A stretch of 64,000 nucleotides of DNA from the human T2T-CHM13v2.0 reference genome, Homo sapiens. Below, in pieces: positions 1 through 19,189 of the stretch; the first letter of the stretch is position 1, and the number at the start of each line of letters is the position of its first letter. Made by a program: the position numbers and the translations under genes. The stretch is from NCBI GenBank assembly GCA_009914755.4, contig CP086569.2, positions 32,832,001 through 32,896,000 of the forward strand, read 5' to 3'. The notes under the pieces are model-generated. The model ran no database searches. It was given only the letters and a program-made list of their open reading frames with translations, and was not told the DNA's origin.

Positions 1-3000
1 ATGGAACTTTCTTGAATGGACTGGAATCAAACGGAATGGAATGCAATGCAATCAAATGGCATGGAATAAAATAGAATGAAAGAGAATCAAATGGAATTGA
101 ATCGAATGGAATCGAATGGATTGGAAAGGAATAGAATGGAATGGAATGGAATTGACTCAAATGGAATGGACTAGAATGGAATGGATTCAAATGGAAGGCA
201 AAGGAATGGAATCTATTGGAATGGACTGTAATGGAATGGAATGGAAGGGATTGGAATGGACTCGAATGGAATGGACTGCAATAGAAAGGATTCGAATGGA
301 ATGAAAAAGAATTGAATGGAATAGAACAGAATGGAATCAAATCGAATGAAATGGAATGGAATAGAAAGGAATGGAATGAAATGGAATGGAAAGGATTCGA
401 ATGGAATGCAATCGAATGGAATGGAATCGAACGGAATGGAATAAAATGGAAGAAAACTGGCAAGAAATGGAATCGAAATGAATGGAGTGTTATGGAACGG
501 ACTCAAAAGGAATTGAATGTAATAGAATGGAGTGGAGTGGACTCGAATATAATGGACTGGAATGGAATGAAATCACATGGAATGGGAACGAATGGAATGG
601 AATGGAAAGGAATGGAATCGAATGGAAAGGAATCGAATGGAAGGGAATGAAATTGAATCAACAGGAATGGAAGAGAATAGAATAGACGGTAATGGAATGG
701 ACTCGAATAGAATGGACACGAATGCTCAAATTGAATGGACTCGAATGGAATGGAAACGAAAGGAATGTCATCGAATGGAATTGAATCGATTGGAATGAAA
801 TCGCATAGAATGGAGTGGAATCAAATGGAATTGAATCGAAAGGAAAGGAAGCGAATGGACTGAAATGAAATGGAATGGAATTGAATGGAAAGTTATGTAA
901 TGGAATAGAATGGAACGAAATTTCACGGAATGCAATCAAACTGAATGGAATCAAATCAATGGAATCAAATCAAATGGAATGGAAAGGAATTGAATGGAGT
1001 AGATTGGATTGGATGGGATTGGAATGAAATATACTGGAAAGGACTCGAATTTCATGAAACGGAATGGAATGAATTGGAACGGAACGGACTCGAATGGAAT
1101 GGAATGTCATGGAATGGCATCAAATGGAATGGCATCAAATGGAATGGAATCGAATGCAATGGAGTGCTATGGAATGGAATGGAATGCATTGGAATGGAAT
1201 GTCCTCTAATGGACTGGATTCGAGTGGAATGGAATCGAATATAATGGAGTCGAATGAAATGGAATTGAAAGGAATGGGATCGAATATAATGGAATATACT
1301 GGAATGTAATGTAATGAACTCGAATGTAATTGACTGGAATGGAATGTACATGAATGGAATGTAATCGAATGGAAAGTAATCCAATGGAATAGAATCTAAT
1401 GCAATAAAATCGACTCAGATAGAGTAGAATGTAATGGAATGGAGTGCAGTGCAATGGAATGGAATGGAATGGAATGCAATGGAATGGAATGGAATGGAAT
1501 GGAATGCAATGGGATGGTGTGGAATGGATAGTAATGGACTGGAGTGAAATGGACTGGAAAGGAATGGACTCAAATTGAAAGGGCTCGAAAGGATTGGAGT
1601 CAAATGGAATGGTCTGGAATGGAATGAACACGAATGTAATGCAATCCAATAGAATGGAATCGAATGGCATGGAATATAAAGAAATGGAATCGAAGAGAAT
1701 GGAAACAAATGGAATGGAATTGAATGGAATGGAATTGAATGGAATGGGAACGAATGGAGTGAAATTGTATGCAGTAGAAGAGAATAGAATGGAATGCAAG
1801 CGAAAGGAAAGGAATGGATTGGAATGGAATGGAATTCATTGGAATGGAAGGGAATGTAGTGTAATGGACAGGCCTGGAATAAAGTGGAATGCTACGGTCT
1901 CGAATGGAATAAAAATGTATGGAATGGAATGCAATGAAACGGAATCGAATGTCATAGAATGTAATGGAATGCAAAAAAATGGAATCCAAAATCATTGACT
2001 GGAAAGGCTGGGTGTCGAAAGGAATTGACTCCAATGGAATGGAATCGAATGGAATGGAAGTGAATAGAATCGAACTAAATCGAATGGAATGGAATTGATA
2101 GGAACGGAATGGAAAGGAATGCAATGATTTGGCATGGAATGCAATCGAATGGCATCGAATGGAATGGAATGGAATGCAATGGAATGGAATGTATTAGAAT
2201 GTAATGAACTTTAATGGTATGTACTCGAATGGATTCGACTGGAATGGAATGTTCTGGAAGTGAATGGACTCCAATGGAATGGATTCAAAAGGAATGGAAT
2301 CGTACGGAATGGAATCTAATGGAATGGAATTAAATGGAAATGAATCAAATTGAATAGCACGGAATTGAATTGAATGGAATGGAATGCAATGGAATCTAAT
2401 GAAACGGAAAGGAAAGGAATGGAATGGAATGGAATGGGCTGGAATGGAAAGGAATCGAAACGAATGGAATGGAATCGAAGTGAAGAGACTGGAATGGAAT
2501 GCACTGGAATGGAAGGGAGTGTAATGGAAGGTTCTCGAAAAAAATGGAATCGAATGGAATGGAATTGAATGGAACGGAATAGAGTCGAATGGAATTGAAT
2601 GGAATGGAATGGACTAGAGTGAAATGGAATCGAACCACAAGGAATGGACAGGAATAGAATGGTCTCGAATTGAATGGAATCGTATGGAATGGCATCAAAC
2701 GGAATGGAATGGACAGCCACGGAATGGAATGCACTCGAATGCAATGGAGTCGAAACTAATGGACTGGAATAGAATGGACTCGACTGGTACGGACTCCAAT
2801 GGAATGGAATCGAATGGAAGGGAATCGAACGGAATGGACTCGAAGGGAAAAGACTGCAATGGAAAGGTCTCGAATGGAATGGAAATTAATGGAATGGAAT
2901 GGAATCGAATGAAATGGAGTCAAAAGGAATGGAATCGAATGGCAAGAAATCGAATGTAATGGAATCGCAAGGAATTGATGTGAACGGAACGGAATGGAAT

Positions 3001-3544
3001 GGAATCCAAAGGAATGGAATAGAATGGAATGGAATCGAATGGAAAGGACTCGAATGGAAATCACTCGAATAGAATGCAATTTAATAAAATAGGATCAAAT
3101 GTAATGGAATGGAATGGAAAGGAATCGAAACGAAAGGAATGGAGACAGATGGAATGGAATGGAACAGAGAGCAATGGTATAGAATGGAATGGAATCATCT
3201 GGAATGGAATTGAATGGAATGGAATAACATGAAATGGACTGGAATGGAATGGAATGCCCTTGAATTAAATGGACTGGAATGGAATGGACTCGAACAGAGT
3301 GGAATGGAAAGTGTTGAAATAGAATGGAATGGACTGGTTTGGAATGGTCTAGTATGCAATGCAATCGACTGGCAGGGAATCAAAAGGAATGTAATCGAAT
3401 GGATTGGACTGGAATGCAATGGACTCGAATAGATTGGAAACGGAATGCAAAGGAATGGAATGGAATAGTATGGAATGGAATGGAAAGGAATGGAGTGGAA
3501 TAGACTAGAGTGGAATGGAATGGACTCGAAAGCAATGGACTGGA
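1..3544 (+). repeat. DYZ1-like 3544-bp higher-order repeat unit, copy 1
   Basis: The string 'atggaactttcttgaatggactgg' at position 1 recurs at 3545 and 7089. Every ORF in the track recurs at +3544, for example 116->3660->7204 and 945->4489->8033. Confidence 0.85.
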
Positions 3545-6500
3545 ATGGAACTTTCTTGAATGGACTGGAATCAAACGGAATGGAATGCAATGCAATCAAA
3601 TGGCATGGAATAAAATAGAATGAAAGAGAATCAAATGGAATTGAATCGAATGGAATCGAATGGATTGGAAAGGAATAGAATGGAATGGAATGGAATTGAC
3701 TCAAATGGAATGGACTAGAATGGAATGGATTCGAATGGAAGGCAAAGGAATGGAATCTATTGGAATGGACTGTAATGGAATGGAATGGAAGGGATTGGAA
3801 TGGACTCGAATGGAATGGACTGCAATAGAAAGGATTCGAATGGAATGAAAAAGAATTGAATGGAATAGAACAGAATGGAATCAAATCGAATGAAATGGAA
3901 TGGAATAGAAAGGAATGGAATGAAATGGAATGGAAAGGATTCGAATGGAATGCAATCGAATGGAATGGAATCGAACGGAATGGAATAAAATGGAAGAAAA
4001 CTGGCAAGAAATGGAATCGAAATGAATGGAGTGTTATGGAACGGACTCAAAAGGAATTGAATGTAATAGAATGGAGTGGAGTGGACTCGAATATAATGGA
4101 CTGGAATGGAATGAAATCACATGGAATGGGAACGAATGGAATGGAATGGAAAGGAATGGAATCGAATGGGAAGGAATCGAATGGAAGGGAATGAAATTGA
4201 ATCAACAGGAATGGAAGGGAATAGAATAGACGGTAATGGAATGGACTCGAATAGAATGGACACAAATGCTCAAATTGAATGGACTCGAATGCAATGGAAA
4301 CGAAAGGAATGTCATCGAATGGAATTGAATCGATTGGAATGAAATCGCATAGAATGGAGTGGAATCAAATGGAATTGAATCGAAAGGAAAGGAAGCGAAT
4401 GGACTGAAATGAAATGGAATGGAATTGAATGGAAAGTTATGTAATGGAATAGAATGGAACGAAATTTCAGGGAATACAATCAAACTGAATGGAATCAAAT
4501 CAATGGAATCAAATCAAATGGAATGGAAAGGAATTGAATGGAGTAGATTGGATTGGATGGGATTGGAATGAAATGTACTGGAAAGGACTCGAATTTCATG
4601 AAACGGAATGGAATGAATTGGAACGGAACGGACTCGAATGGAATGGAATGTCATGGAATGGCATCAAATGGAATGGCATCAAATGGAATGGAATCGAATG
4701 CAATGGAGTGCTATGGAATGGAATGGAATGCATTGGAATGGAATGTCCTCTAATGGAATGGATTCGAGTGGAATGGAATCGAATATAATGGAGTCGAATG
4801 AAATGGAATTGAAAGGAATGGGATCGAATACAATGGAATATACTGGAATGTAATGTAATGAACACGAATGTAATTGACTGGAATGGAATGTACATGAATG
4901 GAATGTAATTGAATGGAAAGTAATCCAATGGAATAGAATCTAATGCAATAAAATCGACTCAGATAGAGTAGAATGTAATGGAATGGAGTGCAGTGCAATG
5001 GAATGGAATGGAATGGAATGCAATGGAATGGAATGGAATGGAATGGAATGGGATGGAATGGTGTGGAATGGATAGTAATGGACTGGAGTGAAATGGACTG
5101 GAAAGGAATGGACTCAAATTGAAAGGGCTCGAAAGGAATGGAGTCAAATGGAATGGTCTGGAATGGAATGAACACGAATGTAATGCAATCCAATAGAATG
5201 GAATCGAATGGCATGGAATATAAAGAAATGGAATCGAAGAGAATGGAAACAAATGGAATGGAATTGAATGGAATGGAATTGAATGGAATGGGAACGAATG
5301 GAGTGAAATTGTATGCAGTAGAAGAGAATAGAATGGAATGCAAGCGAAAGGAAAGGAATGGATTGGAATGGAATGGAATTCATTGGAATGGAAGGGAATG
5401 TAGTGTAATGGACAGGCCTGGAATAAAGTGGAATGCTACGGTCTCGAATGGAATAAAAATGTATTGAATGGAATGCAATGAAACGGAATCGAATGTCATA
5501 GAATGTAATGGAATGCAAAAAAATGGAATCCAAAATCATTGACTGGAAAGGCTGGGTGTCGAAAGGAATTGACTCCAATGGAATGGAATCGAATGGAATG
5601 GAAGTGAATAGAATCGAACTAAATCGAATGGAATGGAATTGATAGGAACGGAATGGAAAGGAATGCAATGATTTGGCATGGAATGCAATCGAATGGCATC
5701 GAATGGAATGGAATGGAATGCAATGGAATGGAATGTATTAGAATGTAATGAACTTTAATGGAATGTACTCGAATGGATTCGACTGGAATGGAATGTTCTG
5801 GAAGTGAATGGACTCCAATGGAATGGATTCAAAAGGAATGGAATCGTACGGAATGGAATCTAATGGAATGGAATTAAATGGAAATGAATCAAATTGAATA
5901 GCACGGAATTGAATTGAGTGGAATCGAATGCAATGGAATCTAATGAAACGGAAAGGAAAGGAATGGAATGGAATGGAATGGGCTGGAATGGAAAGGAATC
6001 GAAACGAATGGAATGGAATCGAACTGAAGAGACTGGAATGGAATGCACTGGAATGGAAGGGAGTGTAATGGAAGGTTGTCGAAAAAAATGGAATCGAATG
6101 GAATGGAATTGAATGGAACGGAATAGAGTCGAATGGAATTGAATGGAATGGAATGGACTAGAGTGAAATGGAATCGAACCACAAGGAATGGACAGGAATA
6201 GAATGGTCTCGAATTGAATGGAATCGTATGGAATGGCATCAAACGGAATGGAATGGACAGCCACGGAATGGAATGCACTCGAATGCAATGGAGTCGAAAC
6301 TAATGGACTGGAATAGAATGGACTCGACTGGTACGGACTCCAATGGAATGGAATCGAATGGAAGGGAATCGAACGGAATGGACTCGAAGGGAAAAGACTG
6401 CAATGGAGAGGTCTCGAATGGAATGGAAATTAATGGAATGGAATGGAATCGAATGAAATGGAGTCAAAAGGAATGGAATCGAATGGCAAGAAATCGAATG

Positions 6501-7088
6501 TAATGGAATCGCAAGGAATTGATGTGAACGGAACGGAATGGAATGGAATCCAAAGGAATGGAATAGAATGGAATGGAATCGAATGGAAAGGACTCGAATG
6601 GAAATCACTCGAATAGAATGCAATTTAATAAAATAGGATCAAATGTAATGGAATGGAATGGAAAGGAATCGAAACGAAAGGAATGGAGACAGATGGAATG
6701 GAATGGAACAGAGAGCAATGGTATAGAATGGAATGGAATCATCTGGAATGGAATTGAATGGAATGGAATAACATGAAATGGACTGGAATGGAATGGAATG
6801 CCCTTGAATTAAATGGACTGGAATGGAATGGACTCGAACAGAGTGGAATGGAAAGTGTTGAAATAGAATGGAATGGACTGGTTTGGAATGGTCTAGTATG
6901 CAATGCAATCGACTGGCAGGGAATCAAAAGGAATGTAATCGAATGGATTGGACTGGAATGCAATGGACTCGAATAGATTGGAAACGGAATGCAAAGGAAT
7001 GGAATGGAATAGTATGGAATGGAATGGAAAGGAATGGAGTGGAATAGACTAGAGTGGAATGGAATGGACTCGAAAGCAATGGACTGGA
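3545..7088 (+). repeat. DYZ1-like 3544-bp higher-order repeat unit, copy 2
   Basis: Same as copy 1. Translated ORFs differ from copy 1 by 0-2 residues per roughly 70 aa, which implies about 99% nucleotide identity. Confidence 0.85.
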
Positions 7089-8469
7089 ATGGAACTTTCC
7101 TGAATGGACTGGAATCAAACGGAATGGAATGCAATGCAATCAAATGGCATGGAATAAAATAGAATGAAAGAGAATCAAATGGAATTGAATCGAATGGAAT
7201 CGAATGGATTGGAAAGGAATAGAATGGAATGGAATGGAATTGACTCAAATGGAATGGACTAGAATGGAATGGATTCGAATGGAAGGCAAAGGAATGGAAT
7301 CTATTGGAATGGACTGTAATGGAATGGAATGGAAGGGATTGGAATGGACTCGAATGGAATGGACTGCAATAGAAAGGATTCGAATGGAATGAAAAAGAAT
7401 TGAATGGAATAGAACAGAATGGAATCAAATCGAATGAAATGGAATGGAATAGAAAGGAATGGAATGAAATGGAATGGAAAGGATTCGAATGGAATGCAAT
7501 CGAATGGAATGGAATCGAACGCAATGGAATAAAATGGAAGAAAACTGGCAAGAAATGGAATCGAAATGAATGGAGTGTTATGGAACGGACTCAAAAGGAA
7601 TTGAATGTAATAGAATGGAGTGGAGTGGACTCGAATATAATGGACTGGAATGGAATGAAATCACATGGAATGGGAACGAATGGAATGGAATGGAAAGGAA
7701 TGGAATCGAATGGAAAGGAATCGAATGGAAGGGAATGAAATTGAATCAACAGGAATGGAAGGGAATAGAATAGACGGTAATGGAATGGACTCGAATAGAA
7801 TGGACACGAATGCTCAAATTGAATGGACTCGAATGGAATGGAAACGAAAGGAATGTCATCGAATGGAATTGAATCGATTGGAATGAAATCGCATAGAATG
7901 GAGTGGAATCAAATGGAATTGAATCGAAAGGAAAGGAAGCGAATGGACTGAAATGAAATGGAATGGAATTGAATGGAAAGTAATGCAATGGAATAGAATG
8001 GAACGAAATTTCACGGAATGGAATCAAACTGAATGGAATCAAATCAATGGAATCAAATCAAATGGAATGGAAAGGAATTGAATGGAGTAGATTGGATTGG
8101 ATGGGATTGGAATGAAATGTACTGGAAAGGACTCGAATTTCATGAAACGGAATGGAATGAATTGGAACGGAATGGACTCGAATGGAATGGAATGTCATGG
8201 AATGGCATCAAATGGAATGGCATCAAATGGAATGGAATCGAATGTAATGGAATGGAATGCATTGGAATGGAATGTCCTCTAATGGAATGGATTTGAGTGG
8301 AATGGAATCGAATATAATGGAGTCGAATGAAATGGAATTGAAAGGAATGGGATCGAATACAATGGAATATACTGGAATGTAATGTAATGAACTCGAATGT
8401 ATTTGACTGGAATGGAATGTACATGAATGGAATGTAATCGAATGGAAAGTAATCCAATGCAATAGAATC
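7089..8469 (+). repeat. DYZ1-like higher-order repeat unit, copy 3. It is truncated at the DYZ2 junction after 1381 bp and carries a 15-bp deletion of three pentamers near position 8248.
   Basis: It aligns to copy 2 at offset 3544 up to about 8230, then at offset 3529. Copies 1 and 2 read 'aatgcaatggagtgctatggaatggaatggaatgcattgg' where copy 3 reads 'aatgtaatggaatggaatgcattgg'. Confidence 0.8.
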
Positions 8470-9511
<1,042 letters not shown>

Positions 9512-10084
9512 AGATCCATATTTTTTAAATGAAAAAAAATTTCAAAGGTACTCTGCTTGGTACAATAATCAAATGTATAAACTGAGGAATAAAACATAAC
9601 CATGAAACCTACTTATAACTGCATATGGAAAATACAGAGGATAATTTTTTAAATAACATATTGTTAAAGCCTTAACTAGTAATTTGAAGAGTTGGCATTT
9701 GAAAGGCCAGTATGAATATACCTTCACAGCAGCAACACAGGTTCCCCATGAGAAAAAGCAAACTCAGGGAAAATAAAACCACAAAGGTTCAATCTCTTCT
9801 GACCTTTGAAAGACACAGCACAGACAGTGGTCCTTAGGACGAAGAGCAGGAGACCCCTAATTCCGTCACCATGGCGATAGGGCATAAACATTGCTGGGTA
9901 AGGGCACAATCCACATTGTGAGCTCCAACTGCTGCCAGGAAGACAGCAGTGCTTTTACATAGACCGAAAGGTCATTGAAGGCTCAGAGTTTTGTTTCAAG
10001 AACTGAATCCCAAGCCCACACGTTATTAGGCTGCGCTTCTTAAAACAAGTTATGAGATGGGAAAAAGGGCACCCACATACATAC
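9512..10084. other. Representative non-Alu, non-AT spacer of the DYZ2 unit, about 573 bp and moderately GC-containing. It is repeated once per unit.
   Basis: This is complex, non-repetitive-looking sequence between the Alu 5' end and the AT-rich segment. It contains the recurring 61-codon minus-strand ORF. The same segment appears in all 23 units. Confidence 0.8.
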
Positions 10085-11931
<1,847 letters not shown>

Positions 11932-14036
11932 AGATCCATATTTTTTAAATGAAAAAAAATTTCAAAGGTACTCTGCTTGGTACAATAATCAAATGTATAA
12001 ACTGAGGAATAAAACATAACCATGAAACCTACTTATAACTGCATATGGAAAATACAGAGGATAATTTTTTAAATAACATATTTTGAAAGCCTTAACTAGT
12101 AATTTGAAGAGTTGGCATTTGAAAGGCCAGTATGAATATACCTTCAAAGCAGCAACACAGGTTCCCCATGAGAAAAAGCAAACTCAGGGAAAATAAAACC
12201 ACAAAGGTTCAATCTCTTCTGACCTTTGAAAGACACAGCACAGACAGTGGTCCTTAGGACGAAGAGCAGGAGACCCCTAATTCCGTCACCATGGCGATAG
12301 GGCATAAACATTGCTGGGTGAGGGCACAATCCACATTGTGAGGTCCAAGTGCTGCCAGGAAGACAGGAGTGCTTTTACATAGACCGAAAGGTCATTGAAG
12401 GCTCAGAGTTTTGTTTCAAGAACTGAATCCCAAGCCCACACGTTATTAGGCTGCGCGTCTTAACACAAGTTATGAGATGGGAAAAAGAGCACCCACAAAC
12501 ATACGTATACATTATGTATATAATAATATACAGTATCATATATATAATATATATAACCTATGTATAATATTGTTTTACATCCTGCATCTTATGTTATATA
12601 TATTGTATAAAATATAATAATTGATAATATATAAGTTTTATATTTATACAATATGACATATAGTATATATTATAATTTATGACATATATAATATATGTTA
12701 TATATCATATATAGAATATATTATACGGTTAATATACTTATTAAATATAAATTATACATTATATATATTATATATAATATATCTGTTATATATAATACCC
12801 ATTATGCATAATATATATATTATGTCTATGTTATATATAGTATAAAACAACATATAATAATATATAATTGTATACATAAAATGCGACATATAATATATAT
12901 TATATTTTATGACATATGTAATATATATTATATATTATATATAATGCGTTGTATGTATAATACGTATATTAAATATATATTACATGACTATGTTATTAAT
13001 TACATGTCACATGTGTTATATATTATTTATTTTACATAGAATATACCGGTTACATACAATATATAGTATGTTACCTATAATGTATAATTTATTACATGTA
13101 AAATAAAGAATGCAATATATTATGCATAATTTATAATATACAATATGTGGAATGTGATATATATAACATATAATATATGATATATGATATAGAGTATATG
13201 ATATATAACATACAATATATGATACCTAATATATATGATATACAATATATATTTTATGATATGTATTCTATATGTTATATTTTCTGTTATATATAACTGT
13301 TTGAAATAATATATAACTGTATAATATTTTAGGTACATATGTAATATAATATATATAAGTTTATAATATATTATATATAACTATATATTATGTTATATAT
13401 ACTTTTATAACATAATTTACATAAAATATCATAATATAATATATATTATATTATTTCATATTACATAATATATATTACATATCACCCAATATAAGTAACA
13501 TACATAATATTATAATATAGATTATATTATGTTATATTAAATATCATATATATCATGTATCATATATTCTATAATATATATTATACATTATATAATATGT
13601 ATGTTGTCTATTATGTGATATATATAACTATATATATAATTATATTATTATACATATAACTAGATAAACATGTAATTCTACATATTTTCATTTATAATAT
13701 ATAGAATTATATAATCATATATAATTATTTATATTCTATAAAAAATTATATCATTATATAAATTATAATATATAAAAATTATAATATGTACTACAAATAT
13801 ATATATTATATATCATATATGATATAGTACCTTTGTTATATATCATAATACATATAAATGTGTATTATGTTATCTATAATTATATAATTTCATATATAAG
13901 ATGTATAATATTTATTATATATTATATATGTTATGTAATATATATAGTATATATAAGATGACACAGGATAAATATTATATACTATGACATATAAAATATA
14001 TGAGGTTATATGTTACATATAAGGCATAGCACATAA

Positions 14037-14351
<315 letters not shown>

Positions 14352-16455
14352 AGATCCATATTTTTTAAATGAAAAAAAATTTCAAAGGTACTCTGCTAGG
14401 TACAATAATCAAATGTATAAACTGAGGAAGAAAACATAACCATGAAACCTACTTATAACTGCATATGGAAAATACAGAGGATAATTTTTTAAATAACATA
14501 TTTTGAAAGCCTTAACTAGTAATTTGAAGAGTTGGCATTTGAAAGGCCAGTATGAATATACCTTCAAAGCAGCAACACAGGTTCCCCATGAGAAAAAGCA
14601 AACTCAGGGAAAATAAAACCACAAAGGTTCAATCTCTTCTGACCTTTGAAAGACACAGCACAGACAGTGGTCCTTAGGACGAAGAGCAGGAGACCCCTAA
14701 TTCCGTCACCATGGCGATAGGGCATAAACACTGCTGGGTGAGGGCACAATCCACATTGTGAGGTCCAACTGCTGCCAGGAAGACAGGAGTGCTTTTACAT
14801 AGACCGAAAGGTCATTGAAGGCTCAGAGTTTTGTTTCAAGAACTGAATCCCAAGCCCACACGTTATTAGGCTGCGCTTCTTAAAACAAGTTATGAGATGG
14901 GAAAAAGGGCACCAACAGACATACGTATACATTATGTATATAATAATATACAGTATCATATATATAATATATATAACCTATGTATAATATTGTTTTACAT
15001 CCTGCATCTTATACTATATATATTGTATAAAGTATAATAATTGATAATATATAAATTTTATATTTATACAATATGACATATAGTATATATTATAATTTAT
15101 GACATATATAATATATGTTATATATCATATATAGAATATATTATACGGTTAATATACGTATTAAATATAAATTATACATTATATATATTATATATAATAT
15201 ATCTGTTACATATAATACCCATTATGCATAATATATATATTATGTCTATGTTATATATAGTATAAAACAACATATAATAATATATAATTGTATATATAAA
15301 ATGCGACATATAATATATATTATATTTTATGACATATGTAATATATATTATACATTATATATAATACGTTGTATGTATAATACCTAAAATAAATATATAT
15401 TATATGACTATGTTATTAATTACATGTCACATGTGTTATATATTATATATTTTACATAGAATATACCGGTTACATACAATATATACTATGTTACCTATAA
15501 TGTATAATTTATTACATGTAAAATAAAGAATGCAATATATTATGTATAATTTATAATATACAATATGTGGAATGTGATATATATAACATATAATATATGA
15601 TATATGATATACAGTATATGATATATAACATACAATATATGATACCTAATATATATGGTATACAATATATATTTTATGATATGTATTCTATATGTTTTAT
15701 ATTCTGTTATATATAACTATTTGAAATTATATATAACTGTATAATATTTTATATAAATATGTAATATAATATATATAACTATATAATATATTATATATAA
15801 CTACATATTATGTTATATATACTTTTATAACATAATTTACATAAAATATCATAATATAATATATATTATATTATTTCATATTACATAATATATATTACAT
15901 ATCACCCAATATAAGTAACATACATAATATTATAATATAGATTATATTATGTTATATTAAATATCATATATATCATGTATCATATAATCTATAATATATA
16001 TTATACATTATATAATACGTATGTTGTCTATTATGTGATATATATAACTATATATATAATTATATTATTATACATATAACTAGATAAACATGTAATTCTA
16101 CATATTTTCATTTATAATGTATAGAATTATATAATCATATAAATTATTTATGTTCTATAAAAAATTATATCATTATATAAATTATAATATATAAAAATTA
16201 TAATATGTACTACAAATATGTATATTATATATCATATATGATATAGTACCTTTGTTATATATCATAATACATATAAATGTGTATTATGTTATCTATAATT
16301 ATATAATTTCATATATAAGATGTATAATATTTATTATATATTATATATGTTATGTAATATATATAGTATATATAAGATGACACAGGATAAATATTATATA
16401 CTATGACATATAAAATATATGAGGTTATATGTTACATATAAGGCATAGCACATAA

Positions 16456-16770
<315 letters not shown>

Positions 16771-18874
16771 AGATCCATATTTTTTAAATGAAAAAAAATT
16801 TCAAAGGTACTCTGCTTGGTACAATAATCAAATGTATAAACTGAGGAATAAAACATAACCATGAAACCTACTTATAACTGCATATGGAAAATACAGAGGA
16901 TAATTTTTTAAATAACATATTTTGAAAGCCTTAACTAGTAATTTGAAGAGTTGGCATTTGAAAGGCCAGTATGAATATACCTTCAAAGCAGCAACACAGG
17001 TTCCCCATGAGAAAAAGCAAACTCAGGGAAAATAAAACCACAAAGGTTCAATCTCTTCTGACCTTTGAAAGACACAGCACAGACAGTGGTCCTTAGGACG
17101 AAGAGCAGGAGACCCCTAATTCCGTCACCATGGCGATAGGGCATAAACACTGCTGGGTGAGGGCACAATCCACATTGTGAGGTCCAGCTGCTGCCAGGAA
17201 GACAGGAGTGCTTTTACATAGACCGAAAGGTCATTGAAGGCTCAGAGTTTTGTTTCAAGAACTGAATCCCAAGCCCACACGTTATTAGGCTGCGCTTCTT
17301 AAAACAAGTTATGAGATGGGAAAAAGGGCACCCACAAACATACGTATACATTATGTATATAATAATATACAGTATCATATATATAATATATATAACCTAT
17401 GTATAATATTGTTTTACATCCTGCATCTTATATTATATATATTGTATAAAATATAATAATTGATAATATATAAGTTTTATATTTATACAATATGACATAT
17501 AGTATAAATTATAATTTATGACATATAATATATATGTTATATATCATATATAGAATATATTATACGGTTAATATACGTATTAAATATAAATTACACATTA
17601 TATATATTATATATAATATATCTGCTATATATAATACGCATTATGCATATTATATATATTATGTCTATGTTATATATAGTATAAAACAACATATAATAAT
17701 ATATAATTGTATATATAAAATGCGACATATAATATATATTATATTTTATCACATATGTAATATATATTATATATTATATATAATACGTTGTATGTATAAT
17801 ACCTAAAATAAATATATATTATATGACTATGTTATTAATTACATGTCAGATGTGTTATATATTATATATTTTACATAGAATATACCGGTTACATACAATA
17901 TATACTATGTTACCTATAATGTATAATTTATTACATGTAAAATAAAGAATGCAATATATTATGTATAATTTATAATATACAATATGTGGAATGTGATATA
18001 TATAACATATAATATATGATATATGATATACAGTATATGATATATAACATACAATATATGATACCTAATATATATGGTATACAATATATATTTTATGATA
18101 TGTATTCTATATGTTTTATATTCTGTTATATATAACTATTTGAAATTATATATAACTGTATAATATTTTATGTAAATATGTAATATAATATATATAACTA
18201 TATAATATATTATATATAACTACATATTATGTTATATATACTTTTATAACATAATTTACATAAAATATCATAATATAATATATATTATATTATTTCATAT
18301 TACATAATATATATTACATATCACCCAATATAAGTAACATACATAATATTATAATATAGATTATATTATGTTATATTAAATATCATATATATCATGTATC
18401 ATATAATCTATAATATATATTATACATTATATAATATGTATGTTGTCTATTATGTGATATATATAACTATATATATAATTATATTATTATACATATAAAT
18501 AGATAAACATGTAATTCTACATATTTTCATTTATAATGTATAGAATTATATAATCATATAAATTATTTATATTCTATAAAAAATTATATCATTATATAAA
18601 TTATAATATATAAAAATTATAATATGTACTACAAATATATATATTATATATCATATATGATATAGTACCTTTGTTATATATCATAATACATATAAATGTG
18701 TATTATGTTATCTATAATTATATAATTTCATATATAAGATGTATAATATTTATTATATATTATATATGTTATGTAATATATATAGTATATATAAGATGAT
18801 ACAGGATAAATATTATATACTATGACATATAAAATATATGAGGTTATATGTTACATATAAGGCATAGCACATAA

Positions 18875-19189
<315 letters not shown>

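Larger units (their letters stand above)
1..8469 (+). repeat. HSat3 pentameric (GGAAT)n satellite array, DYZ1-type. The array continues upstream of the window.
   Basis: The sequence is almost entirely GGAAT pentamers and diverged variants (GGAAC, CGAAT, GGACT, TGAAT). Six-frame ORFs are MEWNGMEWN-type on + and IPFHSIPF-type on -, as expected for (GGAAT)n/(ATTCC)n. There is no 171-bp alpha-satellite periodicity. Confidence 0.93.

Noticed and set aside
1-8469. Dozens of 60-270-aa ORFs on both strands (MEWNGMEWN... on +, IPFHSIPF... on -)
   Set aside because: They are translations of (GGAAT)n/(ATTCC)n pentamer repeats. They are low-complexity, present in all frames, and repeat exactly with the 3544-bp higher-order period. 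This is not coding sequence.
1-8469. Alpha-satellite or a centromeric identity, including CENP-B boxes
   Set aside because: There is no 171-bp periodicity and no CENP-B box-like motif. The sequence is pentameric HSat3, not alphoid.
9512-10084. tRNA, rRNA or other structured ncRNA genes in the non-AT spacer
   Set aside because: I found no cloverleaf-compatible segments, no A/B-box pairs and no rRNA-like conserved blocks. I have no basis to call an RNA gene.
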